This document shows, piece after piece, positions 1 through 13,460 of a stretch of DNA of 64,000 bases (position 1 is its first letter; every line of letters starts with the position of its first letter). The position numbers and the translations under genes are program-made. The notes beneath the pieces are model-generated. The model was not told the origin of the DNA, did no database searches, and was given only the letters and a program-made list of their open reading frames with translations. Origin of the DNA: Octopus sinensis (Eukaryota); assembly GCF_006345805.1 (NCBI RefSeq), contig NC_043022.1:8246001-8310000 (forward strand), in the 5' to 3' direction.

Positions 1-297
1 CCAAAGCCTTGTGAGTGGATTTGGTAGACGGAAACTGAAAGAAGCCCGTCGTATATATGTATATATATATGTGTGTGTGTATATGTCTGTGTGTCTGTGT
101 TTGTCCCCCCCAACATCACTTGACAACCGATGCTGGTGTGTTTACGTCCCCGTAACTTAGTGGTTTGGCAAAAGAGACCGATAGAATAAGTACTAGGCTT
201 ACAAAGAATAAGTCCTGGGGTCGATTTGCTCGACTAAAAAAGAAGGTGGTGTTCCAGCATGGCCACAGTCAAATGACTGAAACAAGTAAAAGAGTAA
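1..297 (+). mobile_element. 3' part of tRNA-derived CORE-type SINE (octopus OR-like; 'family A')
   Basis: Body CCAAAGCCTTGTGAGTGGATTTGGTAGACGGAAACTGAAAGAAGCC, central (TA/TG)n, tail ...CCAGCATGGCCACAGTCAAATGACTGAAACAAGTAAAAGAG; the same module recurs about 20 times in the window. Confidence 0.9.
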
Positions 298-1032
298 AGG
301 GTAAAGAGAATATACTGACAATAATGGTATTGACAAATTTTTAAGTTTGCTTGATATTTTATAAGTGTGAAAGGGATTAAAATTTCGATACTCCATATCA
401 AAGGTTCCGACAAGAATAGGCGGAAAAGAATTCTGTTTACATATTCAGTTTGATCAGTCACCTTCCTCTGTCGGTTGAGTAAAGTGTCATCCAAGCTGAT
501 GTTTATTGGTAATTAAACTTAATTTGCAACACCTGTGCGTATTTATCAGTTGTGTTTTTGTTGGTAATTCTTATCAACAACTTTTCCTGTGATCGTGATT
601 TGAGAAGACATACAGCAGTATTCTAAAGATCAGACATAATCTCTTGTGGGCAAGAAATGTAAAATAAAGTTTATTATAAACAACACAAACACTTTGTAAA
701 TTAATAGTTTTCAATTTGATACCTGCTAAACTTGTGAAAGCATATTAGAAATGAAATAATTAGAGAATGAAGCGGAGTAAACGATGTGATTACAAAATAC
801 CAAAAGCACTAATTCCACTGGGTCAGACACATCTCAAGGTTCGCAGACAACAGGTGGACCTATGCAACAGACTAGTTGCTTTCAAGAGGTCAGGAGAGGC
901 TGCTCAGAAGACTTCTGTGATGATAGGAAGACTATTTAATTAAAAAATTTTGGGCCAAAATAGAAAAGAATGGCACAATCAAGAAAGAATTGGATGCGCA
1001 TTGTGAATGAGATGTATAATATAACAACATCA

Positions 1033-1187
1033 TAGGTGCAGGCATGGGTGCTTCCCAATCACGTAGTTCTGGGTTCAGTCTCACTGCTTGGAACCTTTGG
1101 CAAGTGTCTTCACTAAAGCCTCAGGCTAACCAAAGCCTTGTGAGTGGATTTGGTAGACAGAAACTGAAAGAAGACCATCGTATCTAT

Positions 1188-1244
<57 letters not shown>

Positions 1245-1274
1245 CTATCTACTATCTATCTACTACCTACCTAC

Positions 1275-1320
<46 letters not shown>

Positions 1321-1323
1321 GTC

Positions 1324-1385
<62 letters not shown>

Positions 1386-1410
1386 CCTACCTACCTACCT
1401 ACCTACCTAC

Positions 1411-1448
<38 letters not shown>

Positions 1449-1463
1449 GTCTGTCTGTCTGTC

Positions 1464-1511
<48 letters not shown>

Positions 1512-1714
1512 TGTGTTTATCCCTCCACTATCACTTCACAACTGATGTTGGTATGTTTATGCCCCTATGACTTAGCTGTTCAGTAAAAGAGACCGATACA
1601 ATAAGCACTAAGCTTACAAAGAATAAGTCCTAGGGTTGATTTCTTTGACCAAAACCCTTTAAGATAGTGCTCCAGCATGGCTGCAATCAAATGACTGAAA
1701 CATGTAAAAGAATA
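1033..1714 (+). mobile_element. Family A SINE, full length, central microsatellite expanded into ~270 bp of (CTAT)n/(CTAC)n
   Basis: Head TAGGTGCAGGC...GGTTCAGTCTCACTGC, CORE-like CCTTTGGCAAGTGTCTTC, same tail as copy 1-297. Confidence 0.9.
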
Positions 1715-1754
1715 AATGAATCCGCTAGTCTGGTTGATAAAATGATACGGTTAT

Positions 1755-2008
1755 GTTCTCTTCAATTTTTGCATTATTTTAAAAGTCTTCTAAGGAGCTT
1801 GTTTCTAACAAAGATACAAAACTCCATCATTGGAATGTAGATAAAAACTAGAAATTCACCTTTTGAACTTGGGAAATGTCTTACATAGTTTTGCTGTTCC
1901 ACTTACAGATTGTATTTGTATATTTGTAATGTGCATGTTAGATGGTTAATTTCTTTTTCTGAAAACTCCAGCTTATCTAAATTGTCACTTATACATTTAC
2001 TCACAAGT
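1755..2008 (-). mobile_element. R4/Dong-like (RLE-type) non-LTR retrotransposon 3' end, decayed
   Basis: Minus strand [38 protein letters not shown]; C-terminus and 3' UTR align with the copy at 25775-26178. Confidence 0.75.
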
Positions 2009-2019
2009 GTGTGTGTGAT

Positions 2020-2151
2020 ATACCTACATATATGTACATATGTATATACATATATATATATATACATACACACATATATATATACATATATATGTATATA
2101 TACATATATATATATATGCATATATATATGTACACACATATATATATATAC

Positions 2152-2220
<69 letters not shown>

Positions 2221-2340
2221 TATGTACTTACATACACACATGCACATATGCACATATGTACACATACATGCATATACATACATATTATATATATATACAT
2301 ATACATAATTTTATATATATATATATATATGTTTGAACAT
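2020..2340. repeat. Compound (TA)n/(TACA)n microsatellite
   Basis: Seen directly; source of the YI-repeat ORFs. Confidence 0.95.
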
Positions 2341-2709
2341 ATGTATAAAAATGTGTGTGCAAAGCTGGTGTAAATCTATTTGGAAAGTAGGACATGAAGA
2401 TTAGGTTAATGCTCTTCTCTAGGTCCCACAGCACCTTTGGTTGTATATAACAAAACAGTATATTGGACAGACATGGAGATAGATTATTGGTCTGTTGATC
2501 ACATGAATACATATGTACATACATGTATATACATGATAATTACAAGACTATAAATGTATGTTTGTGTGTGTTGTATCTATGTGCCCTATGTGCCTGTGTG
2601 TATGCATGTGGGCGTGTGCACCATTAGGTTTTTCTGATAACCATTATCTGTATATATTCAAATATACTACATCTATAAATACACTTACACATAGAAGTAT
2701 ATATTTGTA

Positions 2710-2748
<39 letters not shown>

Positions 2749-3104
2749 GTATATATATATATATATCTAGAGAGAGAGAGAGATATGCATGTATATTTAT
2801 GCATGTGTGTATGTGTGTGTGTATGTAGTTATATATTTATGCTCATATGTGTGCATGTATGTATGTGTGTATATATATATATATATATGCCTGTATACAT
2901 GTATATATATATATGTGTGTGTGTATACATGCATAAAGATATAAGCTAGTTAGCTAGCTAGCTTGCTAGATAGATAGATAGTCAAACAGATAGCTGGATA
3001 GGCAGATAGGTACATGTACTTCGTCATTAATATATATCTACATGCATCTATGTGTGCATGAGAGTCTGTGTGTCCATGTATATATGTGTGAGTGTCTGCT
3101 TGCA

Positions 3105-3510
3105 TACAAGACCTGATCAATAAGTATCCGGACTGTTGCCATAGTAATGATGCTCAAGCATACAGTGTAAAGCTGCTTGGCACAAATTGACCTTGAACTC
3201 TGCTGGGAATGCACACTAAGTTTTACAGCAGTGTTTGGAAGGAAGGTGTGTAGTGTACAGTCATTGCATTGTCCATGACAAAGAAAGTTGTCATAGTGCC
3301 GGTGATACCTGCTCAGAGGCTTACACAAAGTTGCAGAAAGTGTACGGAGAGGAGTGTATGAACCACACACAAGTGTATGAGTGGTTCACACGTTTCCAAG
3401 ATGGTTGTAAAAATGTCAATATTGACAAACATTCTGGGGGACCCACAACCAGCAGAACTGAGAAAAACATTGCAGATGTGCATGCAGCTGTGAGGAGAAA
3501 TCGTTGAATC
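3105..3510 (+). mobile_element. Mariner transposon 5' fragment (left TIR plus N-terminal HTH remnant)
   Basis: TA-CAAGACCTGATCAATAAGTATCCGGACT terminus; translation SEAYTKLQKVYGEECMNHTQVYEWFTRFQDG...DKHSGGPTTSRTEKNI is mariner HTH-like. Confidence 0.85.
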
Positions 3511-3684
3511 CCCATCTGTGATCTCACCAGTGCTAGTACCATGAAAAAAAACACCAGTACATTCTGTAAAGGGGCTAACATTAGGATGGCCATCCAACCA
3601 TAGAAATCATATCAAAGCAGACAGTAAAGCTTGGTGCAGTCTTCTGGCTTGCATGGAAAATGAACATAAAAACGATGTGATGAT

Positions 3685-3825
3685 GACTTTGCCTTTCATC
3701 CTTTCATCCTTTCGGGGTCGATAAATAAAGTGCCAGCTTCGCACTGGGGTCGGTGTAATCAACTTGATCCCTTTGTCTGTCCTTGTTTGTCCTCTCTGTG
3801 TTTAGCCCCTTGTGGGCAATAAAGA
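3685..3825 (+). mobile_element. 'Family B' SINE fragment (Meta/MESC-like central domain)
   Basis: ACTTTGCCTTTCATCC...GGGGTCGATAAATAAAGTGCCAG plus tail TTTGTCTGTCCTTGTTTGTCC...GCCCCTTGTGGG. Confidence 0.75.
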
Positions 3826-4466
3826 TATATGCATGTACACACACACACACACATACACACGTATTTGTTTGTTTGTGTGTGTGTGTCTGTGTATTATCTT
3901 ATTGAACCAAAATCCAGGACCCAGGAGGGATAAATTGTGAAAGTTAATCACACTGGGATTTGAACTCAGAAAATATAAAATATCAAAATTATAAAAAAGG
4001 AAAAGAAAAAATTGTTTATCTAATACACATTTGTTTCTGCCAACTCACTGCTTTAAACACATAAATATTGATTGATGTAGTTCCGTCTTTTGTTGTTATT
4101 TTTGTTTTTGTTGTTCCTTTATTTTCATTTTTTCTTTTTTTTCTTTTTTGATAAATGGCCAAAATATTTAGGAATCAGTTTATTTCAATATTGATAAAAT
4201 ATTAGAAATAAAAAGAAAACAAAAAAAAATGTGGAATATTAAATGAATAAATAATTAATAAATATTGTTGGTACGTCAAACTACATTTTCCTTGTCTTGC
4301 TGAAGTGAGTTTCATTTGCAGGGGTCAGTTGAGATCCTGAAAATGGCAGCCAAATCATCTTTAAATCATACTCTATCAAGGGTCCACATGACCCTTGGGG
4401 GTTCCATACAAGATTTTTTTCTTAAATCTTATGTGAAATAAATTGCTTATACTCTTTTATCTCTTA

Positions 4467-4859
4467 CTAGCAGTATCGCCTGGCGTTGCTCGGGTTTGTA
4501 AGGGAAATAACTATAAAGCATTTTTAGAGAGTTATAGCCAAAAATTAGCAAAAAATGCATTAAAAATGGAAAAAAAAACTATGGTAAATTTTTTTAAAAA
4601 TCGTTGACTCATCGTAGACATTTTTAGAGAGTTACTTCCCTTATATTAAAAAATATGCATTAAAATGGAAAAAAATGATGGTAAATTATTTTTAAAATCG
4701 TAGACTCATCGTAGACGCGTGCTAATACCCAGAAGGGCTTGATATGAATCACAACTATAAGATACCCGGTTTTGGTTAAACTGCACCGCAAAATGTGGGA
4801 GTAGTTAGGAATCTAAATTGGAGTAGACAGACACACAACCTTTCTTTTATATATAAAGA
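4467..4859 (-). mobile_element. Non-autonomous Helitron-like element
   Basis: Minus strand starts A|TC (4859) and ends CTAG|T (4467); decayed subterminal hairpin CCCGAGCAACGCCAGG; internal ~130-bp tandem duplication. Confidence 0.75.
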
Positions 4860-4861
4860 TA

Positions 4862-5187
4862 TTTTACTTGTTTTAGTTGTTAGACCGCTGCCATCCTGAG
4901 CCACCACTTTGAAGGGTTTTTGTTGAACAAACCGACCCCAAGCCTTATTTTTTCCTAAGCCTAGTACTTATTCTATCATTCTCTTTTGCTGAATTGCTAA
5001 GTAACAAGGGATGTGAACACACCAACACTGGTTGATATGTGGTGGTGGGAGGATAAACACAAACACATGCACACATAGATCTTTTAGTTTTCATCTACCA
5101 AATCCGCTCACAAGGCTATAGCGGGACTGAACCTGGAACCATGTGGTTGAGAAGCAAACTTCTTACCACATAGCCACACCTGCACCT
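4862..5187 (-). mobile_element. Family A SINE, decayed
   Basis: Reverse-complement head ...GAACCATGTGGTTGAGAAGCAAACTTCTTACCACATAGCCACACCTGCACCT and tail. Confidence 0.8.
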
Positions 5188-5281
5188 ACAATACTTCGAC
5201 AATACTCAAAATATCTTGACAATTTTTTTTAATACAATTCCTAGTAACAGTTAATTCTAAAAATCTAATACAATTTTTTAA

Positions 5282-5488
5282 CCCTTTAGTGTTCAGTTTA
5301 TTCTGTCAAATGTGATGTTTGTTTATTTATATTGTTTTGAATTAATCATGTATTATCTTGTAGTTTAGAGATTGCAGTGATGTGATTTTTTTTTAGTTTT
5401 AGAATGACATGGTTGGGCTGAGGTAAGAGGCGAGCTCTGGTCACTTTCAATACTCTGGCCGGATATGGCCGGTTTGAATGCTAAAGGG
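5282..5488. mobile_element. piggyBac-like MITE
   Basis: TTAA|CCCTTTAG ... CTAAAGGG|TTAA: TTAA on both sides and inverted termini. Confidence 0.8.
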
Positions 5489-5499
5489 TTAAATATCAA

Positions 5500-5720
5500 A
5501 TAACTGTGCGGGTCCTTTCAAGTAAAATGGGAATCAAAGGGGTCCATAAGCAAAAAATGGTTGAGAATCACTGCTCTGTCACTTTGACACTTTAGCATTT
5601 CAACAGGCCATATCCAGCCCATATCTACCTATCTTTATGTTCAGAGTTCAAATTCCACTGAGGTCGACTTTAACTTTCATCCTTTCAGGGTTGATAAAAT
5701 AAGTACCAGTTGAGCACTGG
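5500..5720 (+). repeat. Left arm of ~200-bp inverted duplication (hAT-like end + piggyBac-MITE start + family B SINE piece)
   Basis: Aligns with the reverse complement of 6240-6440 across both element junctions. Confidence 0.75.
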
Positions 5721-6239
5721 GATTGATATAATAGATTTACTCCCTTCACTGATTTATGCTGAAATTTGAAACCATTATTAGGCTGGTGTTTAAAATATAA
5801 AACAAAATAAAAACTTGGTAGAACTTTTTAATTTAAATCACTTTAAAACAGGAAGATTGTATCTTGGGTCTAATCAAGTGTGAGCTCAGGCAGGTATCAA
5901 GGGGGTTAAATAACAAAAGATATTGACTGATATAGTTACAGATCATCATCATCATTTAGTGTCTGTTGGCATGGGTTAGACAGTTTGCCTGAAACTGGTA
6001 AGCTGGAGAGATAAGCCCAAAAACTGAGGTCAGTGTTGAGGCGGGGTTCATAAACCCACCCCACTCCATTTGTTTAAAAAATGTCCATTGTGTTGTTTAT
6101 TCATTCGTTTTATATAAAATCATGTTAAATTTTTATCGACCCCAAATTGCGCTTTATATGTAAAATCATCTGTGATTGTATTGTCCATTCTTTGTATGTC
6201 CTTATGGATAATAAAAAAAAATCAAGGTTCCAATCTGAT

Positions 6240-6440
6240 TTGGCCTTATTTTATCAACCCCTAAATGATGAAAGGCAAAGTCGACCTTGGCAGAATTTGA
6301 ACTCAGAACATAAAGATGGGTGGATATGGGCGGGATATAGCCAGTTGAAATGCTAAAGTGTCGAAGTGATAGAGCAGTGATTTGCAACCATTTTTTTGCC
6401 AATGGACCCGTTTAATTCCCATTTTACTCGAACAAACCCT
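6240..6440 (-). repeat. Right arm of the inverted duplication
   Basis: See 5500-5720; includes hAT/Charlie-like terminus CAGTGATTTGCAACC. Confidence 0.75.
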
Positions 6441-6459
6441 CATGGCTATTCAGTGTTTA

Positions 6460-6850
6460 AAAATACCTGTCATCTTGGCCCATCCTCATGCTGACCACTC
6501 CAAGAGTGTAATGGGTGCTTTTTATATGCCACTGGCATGAGATGCCAGTTATGTGGAACCAGCATTGGCCACAATTACGATTTCACTTGGCATGATTAGT
6601 CTTCTCAAGCACTGCATATTGCCAAAGGTTTTGGTCACTTATCACCTCCATTAGTCGCAATGTGTTTTTTACATGTCCCTGGCATGGGTGCCTGTTACAC
6701 GTAACCAGCATTGGCTAGGACCACGATTTCACTTGGCTTGATGAATCTTCTCAAGCACTGCATATTGCCAAAGGTCTTGGTCACTTGTCATTGCCTCTGC
6801 AAGGCCCAATGTTCACCACCTCATCCCTTGTCTTCCTGAGTCTACCTATA
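6460..6850 (-). mobile_element. RTE-clade LINE C-terminus joined to its 3' UTR ('family C'), with internal tandem duplication
   Basis: Minus strand GRLRKTRDEVV..LGLAEAMTSDQDLWQYAVLEK followed by GTGGCATATAAAAAGCACCCATTACACTC; this links family C to the RTE ORF end. Confidence 0.8.
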
Positions 6851-6996
6851 CTCCTAAAAGTATGAGGTAGACACAGGTAGAATGAATTTACTCAGAAATC
6901 TGCTTATCACTTTTGCTACTATATTTCTGTTACATAACACTGTCTTTGTTTCAATTAATTTTGAAAATAATGAAGAATTTAGTAAAACAATTTTGT

Positions 6997-7218
6997 CATA
7001 TTCTGTTGTGTCTGGGGAGAGTCATTTTCTTTTTGTGCCTTATTACACACTCGCCGGTAAAATTTCCACTTCTTTCTTATTTTTATTGTCCTAAGATTTT
7101 CGTTGCGTGTTGAAACCTTTTCAATAAAAATAAGAAATAAATGGAAATTTTACCAGTGAGTGTGTTAAATAATAAGGCTCAAAAAGAAAATGTCTCTCCC
7201 CGGACACAACAGAATATG
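6997..7218. mobile_element. Foldback MITE with ~90-bp inverted termini
   Basis: CATATTCTGTTGTGTCTGGGGAGAG...GGTAAAATTTCCA versus TGGAAATTTTACC...CTCTCCCGGACACAACAGAATATG. Confidence 0.8.
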
Positions 7219-7502
7219 CTTCAACATACGAACTTATATAAAGAATCTTGCAAACCAAATCCAAAAATGAAATTTTGTCATAATTAATCTAAAACATAAA
7301 TTAATGTGAAATTTTGGTGGAAGAATTTAGTAAGGACTCTTTAAAGCATAAATTCTGTGTTATAATACCAGGGATTGTCTCAGTGAGGCTGGTGCTAAAA
7401 GGATTAATAATGAACAAAGTAAAATTTTCAACTTCAACATTTTTGATAGGATATTTCTGTCGAAATACACTGCCTTTGTTTCAATTAAGTTTTAGAATAA
7501 TC

Positions 7503-8162
<660 letters not shown>

Positions 8163-8942
8163 TAAATGAAGAATTTATTTAAATAACTTCATCATAATTA
8201 AGCAGGTTTTCAGAGCATAAATTAATATGTTTGTGTCACAGAACTAAGAGCAGTCTCAGGTGTCTGTTGGTATCAGAAAGGTAGATATTATATGGTATAG
8301 TCATAGGACACACCTCTAAAAACATGAGATAGATGCAGCTAAAATGATTTTAGTTGTAGATCTGCATAATTCGGATGAATTTGGCTTGACCTGGGGCTAA
8401 ACAGTAACAAGTATTTTTTTTCTTTGTATCTCCTTAAAAGGAACAGACATTGTAAAGAATATAAGAATATAAAAATAGTATCCTGAAAGAACTTCCTTCC
8501 TGCTGACCTCTGTTCGTTTAACTCAATTGATCTATTCAAATGTCAAATCAAATCAAGCACAAACATCTGTTATTCTGTTATTCCATTATTCTGCTATTCT
8601 GTGTTCTTATTTGCTTTGAGAGTCAATCACATTGTTGAGACTACTGTGTGAGATTTTGAACTCTAATCTGTTGTGCTATAGTACTAATACTGACTGTCTA
8701 CTATCTACTGTCTAGACTTAGGATATGTTGTTAGGTAGTTTTTTTTTTCTCGAATATGTATAGCCATACTTTGTAGAATGTTATACATTTATTTGTCTAT
8801 TTACCTATAAAGTGAACCGATCAGTATCAAGCCATACATACATACATACATATATAAGTATATATATATATATATATATATTTTTATGTGTATATATATA
8901 TTTATGTATATATATATATTTATGTGTATATATATATTTATG

Positions 8943-8974
<32 letters not shown>

Positions 8975-9090
8975 TATATTTATGTATATATATATATTTA
9001 TGTGTATATATATATATACACACACACACATAAATATATATATATATATATATTTATGGTACATTTATGGTATATATATATATATATTTA

Positions 9091-9454
9091 AGGTACATCC
9101 AAGGCTTGGGCCCTGTGCCATCCGCCCAAACAAAAATCGCACTCTCATCTCATAACAACAATACGGCACAATTATTTCACCTCAATTGGCCCCGCTCTCT
9201 TTAACATTACACCAAAACACATTAAAACAGAAACAGACCCTATAGGGTTCAAGAAGTCTTTGGACAGATTCCTTCAAGAAATCCCGGATAAACCCCCTAC
9301 ACCCGGATATGTCTCTGTAAACAATAACTCTCTACTTGAGTGGGCCATAGTGCCCAAATTCTGACTTGAAAGACTTCACCAGGTGGTGCTATTAAGTTAG
9401 ACATGGCCTGGGCCAATAATGGCCGAAACCTATCAAAGTATCAAAGTATCAAAG
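9091..9454 (+). mobile_element. Young 5'-truncated CR1/L2-group LINE 3' end with (TATCAAAG)n tail
   Basis: Reads ...RHNYFTSIGPALFNITPKHIKTETDPIGFKKSLDRFLQEIPDKPPTPGYVSVNNNSLLEWAIVPKF* (stop 9362-9364); TATATATATTTA on both sides (9079-9090, 9455-9466). Clade assignment tentative. Confidence 0.75.
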
Positions 9455-9664
9455 TATATATATTTATGTATATCACAGTGACCGACCAGGCTATCAGATG
9501 TTGCTACACATCACTGGTCACAATGCGTTTCGCATTGTTTTAACCTTCCAATGACGCCACCTCGCTTTAAGTATATATATATATTTATGTATATATATAT
9601 ATATATGTATGTATATATGTATATGCATGTTTGTATATGTATGCATATATGTACATATATATAC

Positions 9665-9707
<43 letters not shown>

Positions 9708-9856
9708 GAAATGGATAAACAAATTATCTTGTTACGGATTATTCAAAATTTAACCGATACCTGTGTAGCAAAAATCACACCAGAATTTGCAGCCTTTGAA
9801 ACATGTGTAGAAAATAATAAAAAGGAATTTTGTAGAATCTTCGTTCTTCCCTTCAC

Positions 9857-9887
<31 letters not shown>

Positions 9888-9944
9888 TACACACACACAT
9901 ATTCATATATATGTATGTATGTACGAATGTATATATATGGCACC

Positions 9945-10155
9945 TGTGTCTGTGACAATTAGAAGACACCCACTACGCTCTTAGTGGTTGGCATTAGGAA
10001 GGGTATCCAGCCACAGAAACCAAGCCAAATCAGACTGGAACCTGGTATAGCTCTCAGGCTTACCTATTGTAATTAAACTGTCTAACCCATGCCAGAATGG
10101 AAAAAGAATACTAAATGAGGATAATGAAGATGATGATGATGATGATGATGATGTC
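9945..10155 (+). mobile_element. RTE 3' UTR (family C) with (GAT)n tail
   Basis: CACCCACTACGCTC..GTGGTTGGCATTAGGAAGGG.ATCCAGC...AACCCATGCCAG..TGGAA...GATGATGATG. Confidence 0.8.
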
Positions 10156-10459
10156 CATCATTTCCAGGAAGTAAGGGAAGAGAGAGAGAAAGAAAGAAAG
10201 AGAGAGAGAAAGAAAGAAAGAGAGAGAGAGAAAGAAAGAAAGAGAGAGAGAGAAAGAAAGAAAGAGAGAGAGAGAGAGATACGCACATCCACGTACTCAC
10301 ATACACACGTATTGCATTTCTTTCCCTGGAGCTTATAGCAGAAGACATTTTCTTCAGTCTCACAGTGAGATTGAAACCAAAATGAAAATCACATACTTCA
10401 GAAGCAAACTTCTCAACCACAAAGAAATGCCCTCATCTATAAACATGCACACACACACG

Positions 10460-10523
<64 letters not shown>

Positions 10524-10544
10524 AAACACACGTTTCCATGACTT

Positions 10545-10700
10545 CCATCATTTCCATTTACCAACTCTGCTAACAAGTCATTGGTCAAGCTGAGTCAATA
10601 GCAGAAGACACTTGCCTAAGGTGCTGGTGCAGGAGGACTGAACCTTAGTCTATGCAGGTGAGAGGCAATCTCCTCAGCTAACCACACATCCATACTCACA
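10545..10700 (-). mobile_element. Family A SINE head, decayed
   Basis: GAAGACACTTGCCTAAGGTG...GGACTGAACC. Confidence 0.65.
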
Positions 10701-10914
10701 CCTATATATTAATCTAATTTGGAATTTTGCAACAAAAAGCCAAAACACATCCAACACTTGTTTTCTTTAACATAACATCAAACTACCCCAAAGCTAATAA
10801 CAACTTCATTTTAAAACAGTTTTTACTGAATTTCATCCAAACACTCAATATTTAACGTCCCTTCATAAAATCATATATCATTTTGAATATACATATATAT
10901 ATGTGTGTGTGAAT

Positions 10915-10949
<35 letters not shown>

Positions 10950-11221
10950 AGATGTTTTCATCATCATTTAATATCCATTTGTTGGACAATTTGACAGGAG
11001 CTGGCAAGATAGGGGGCTACACCAGGGTTTACTGCCTATTTTGGCATGGTTTTTACTGTTAAATGCCCTTCCTAATACCAGTCACCTTACAGAGTGGAAT
11101 GAGTGTCTATATATATATATGTGTGTGTGTGTATATATATATATACATACATACATAAATACATACATACATACAGATATATATATATGTATACACATGC
11201 ATACGTGCATAACTGCATGCA

Positions 11222-11252
<31 letters not shown>

Positions 11253-11549
11253 GTAGATGTACACACATCAATGATATATGATGGAGCTTTGATGCAGTCG
11301 CTCAATCTATAGACAGAGCAGCCAAATCTATTTTAACAGCAATAATGAATAAATTCTCTGAACAACATCCCAAACATGGACAACATTAACACAAAAATAT
11401 AAGCCAATGATTGGGAATCCTGGATGTTTAAGACAGAAATCTGAAATGCTTTTTAAAACAAACTTTAGCATGAAGATAGGCACTTATTTTCACAAACTCG
11501 GAGTATCCAGGAAATATGCACTGCAATGAATATACATACATACATAAAA

Positions 11550-11583
<34 letters not shown>

Positions 11584-11669
11584 GCACACATACATGAATA
11601 CATACATATATACATACATACTTATGCAGATCTATGCATACATCCATACATGCATTCCTACCTACCTAT

Positions 11670-11897
11670 TTCTTTACTACCCACAAGGGGCTAAACACAG
11701 AGGGGACAAACACGGACAGACAAATGGATTAAGTCGATTATATCGACCCCAGTGCGTAACTGGTACTTAATTTATCGACCCCGAAAGGATGAAAGGCAAA
11801 GTCGACCTCGGTGGAACTTGAACTTAAAACATAACAGCAGATGAAATATGGCTACGCATTTTGTCCGGTGTGCTAACAATTCTGCCAGCTTGCCGCC
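11670..11897 (-). mobile_element. Family B SINE, near full length
   Basis: CCCACAAGGGGCTAAACACAGAGGGGAC...CGACCCCGAAAGGATGAAAGGCAAAGTCGACCTCGG...TCTGCCAGCTTGCCGCC. Confidence 0.85.
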
Positions 11898-12492
11898 TAC
11901 CTACCTACCTACCTACCTACCTACATACATACATACATACATACATACATACATACATACATACATACATAAAACCACCACAGGGTTTTACAAAGCATCA
12001 ATCAAATAAATTTCACCCGTAAGGTATTGGTCGACTACAGAACACCCTGGTAGAAGACCCTTGCCCATAATGCTGTTGCACAGAGATTGAACACAAAACT
12101 CCATGTTTGTCAAGCAAACTTTCTAACTTTACACCAATGCCTCACACTCCTACCATTTCAGAGAACATATTTGGCTGGAATTCAGTTATGGATTATGCTT
12201 TACTGTTCACACCAATAAGTAGTCTATATAAATATACGTAAATGCTTGTATCCATCCATTCATCATTGCATCTATCTAGCTAGACAACCAACCAACCAGC
12301 CACACATATATGCACACTCATATACATACACACAAACTCTCACAGATGTATGTCTACACATATATTTCTAATTGAGAAATTTGGTATAACATACTTCCAT
12401 ACAATGGTTTTGTGGTCATGCTGGATATCTTGACTTGAAAAAATTAATTCACTCTTCACTTTTGTACTAATCAATATAAAGTTACTGCTGCT

Positions 12493-12533
<41 letters not shown>

Positions 12534-12551
12534 CACATGCACACTAACACA

Positions 12552-12596
<45 letters not shown>

Positions 12597-12615
12597 ACAC
12601 ACACACACACACACA

Positions 12616-13275
12616 CAGAGGGTGCGACGGCTAAATTGTCACCAGTTTATACGCATTGTTTGTTTTTGGTATTGTTGACTACACAGTATTGAAGGGTCAG
12701 TTGGGCACTGTCTGTGAGAAAAACAGCACTGTGACACAATTCACTCTGCCAGAAATTTGGAAACGACATGCTGTACTGCGTGGCATTCATGCCAGAAGCT
12801 TCAGTATGAACATGTACCAATATGAACATGTACTGAGAGTGATAAAAATCAAACATCCAGTCAACATCATGGTGTTTGGAATGATCACTAGTGATGTCGA
12901 TGTTATACCTCCATTCATCTTCCCACATGGCCTCAGACTCAATATGGGGTCCTACATCAAGTGCCTGGAAGAAGTAGTGCTGCCCTAGGTGAAGAGGGTG
13001 GCTGCTGGAAGACCTTATGTCTGGCAACAAGACTCTGCACCATGCCGTGCAAGCAGGAGAACCCAGTCATGGCTGTCAGACAATTTCTGTGACCACATCA
13101 TCTCTAACATCAGGCCACCTAACTCCCTAGACTGCAAGCCCCTTGATTATTATGTGTGGAGTGCAGTTGAACAAGAGACCAACAAAACTCTTCGTAACAC
13201 CAAAGGTGAACTGAAGGCGAGGATTATGGCAGAATTCACTAACTTAAACAGGAGAACATACAAAAAGATTGCAGG
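12616..13275 (+). mobile_element. Tc1/mariner DD37D (maT-like) element, internally deleted and 3'-truncated
   Basis: Left end CAGAGGGTGCGACGGCTAAATTGTCACC; N-terminus TQFTLPEIWKRHAVLRGI fused to KHPVNIMVFG...; WQQDSAPC...PPNSLDCKPLDYYVW has 37 residues between the two Asp; one in-frame stop. Confidence 0.85.
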
Positions 13276-13460
13276 AGATTCCAAAATTGCCTCTCAAGAA
13301 GAACTTAAATAAAACTCAAAGAAAAATCATACATACATACATAAGCACATACAACAATATGTAGGATGTTATGTAGATAAACTTATGCCCTGCATATTTT
13401 ATTTGAACTTATGTTCTGAGAGAGGAACTGTTTGGGATAGATCAGGCAGTTCTTTCAGTT

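Noticed and set aside
390-500. Minus-strand ORF start MDDTLLNRQRKVTDQTEYVNRILF
   Set aside because: No recognisable homology, weak splice signals, and the ORF runs into SINE sequence.
740-1015. Possible decayed R4/Dong pre-RT fragment (FWAKI...WMRIVNEM)
   Set aside because: Similarity needs several frameshifts and is too weak to call without an alignment.
8340-8420. Apparent terminal exon APGQAKFIRIMQIYN* on the minus strand
   Set aside because: Resembles a decayed interspersed repeat (TTAGCCCCAGGTCA...GCAGA.CTA...) as I recall it; no other exon support.
10310-10440. Exon-like segment on the minus strand
   Set aside because: It is a decayed family A SINE head (GTGGTTGAGAAGTTTGCTTC...GTCTTCTGCTATA).
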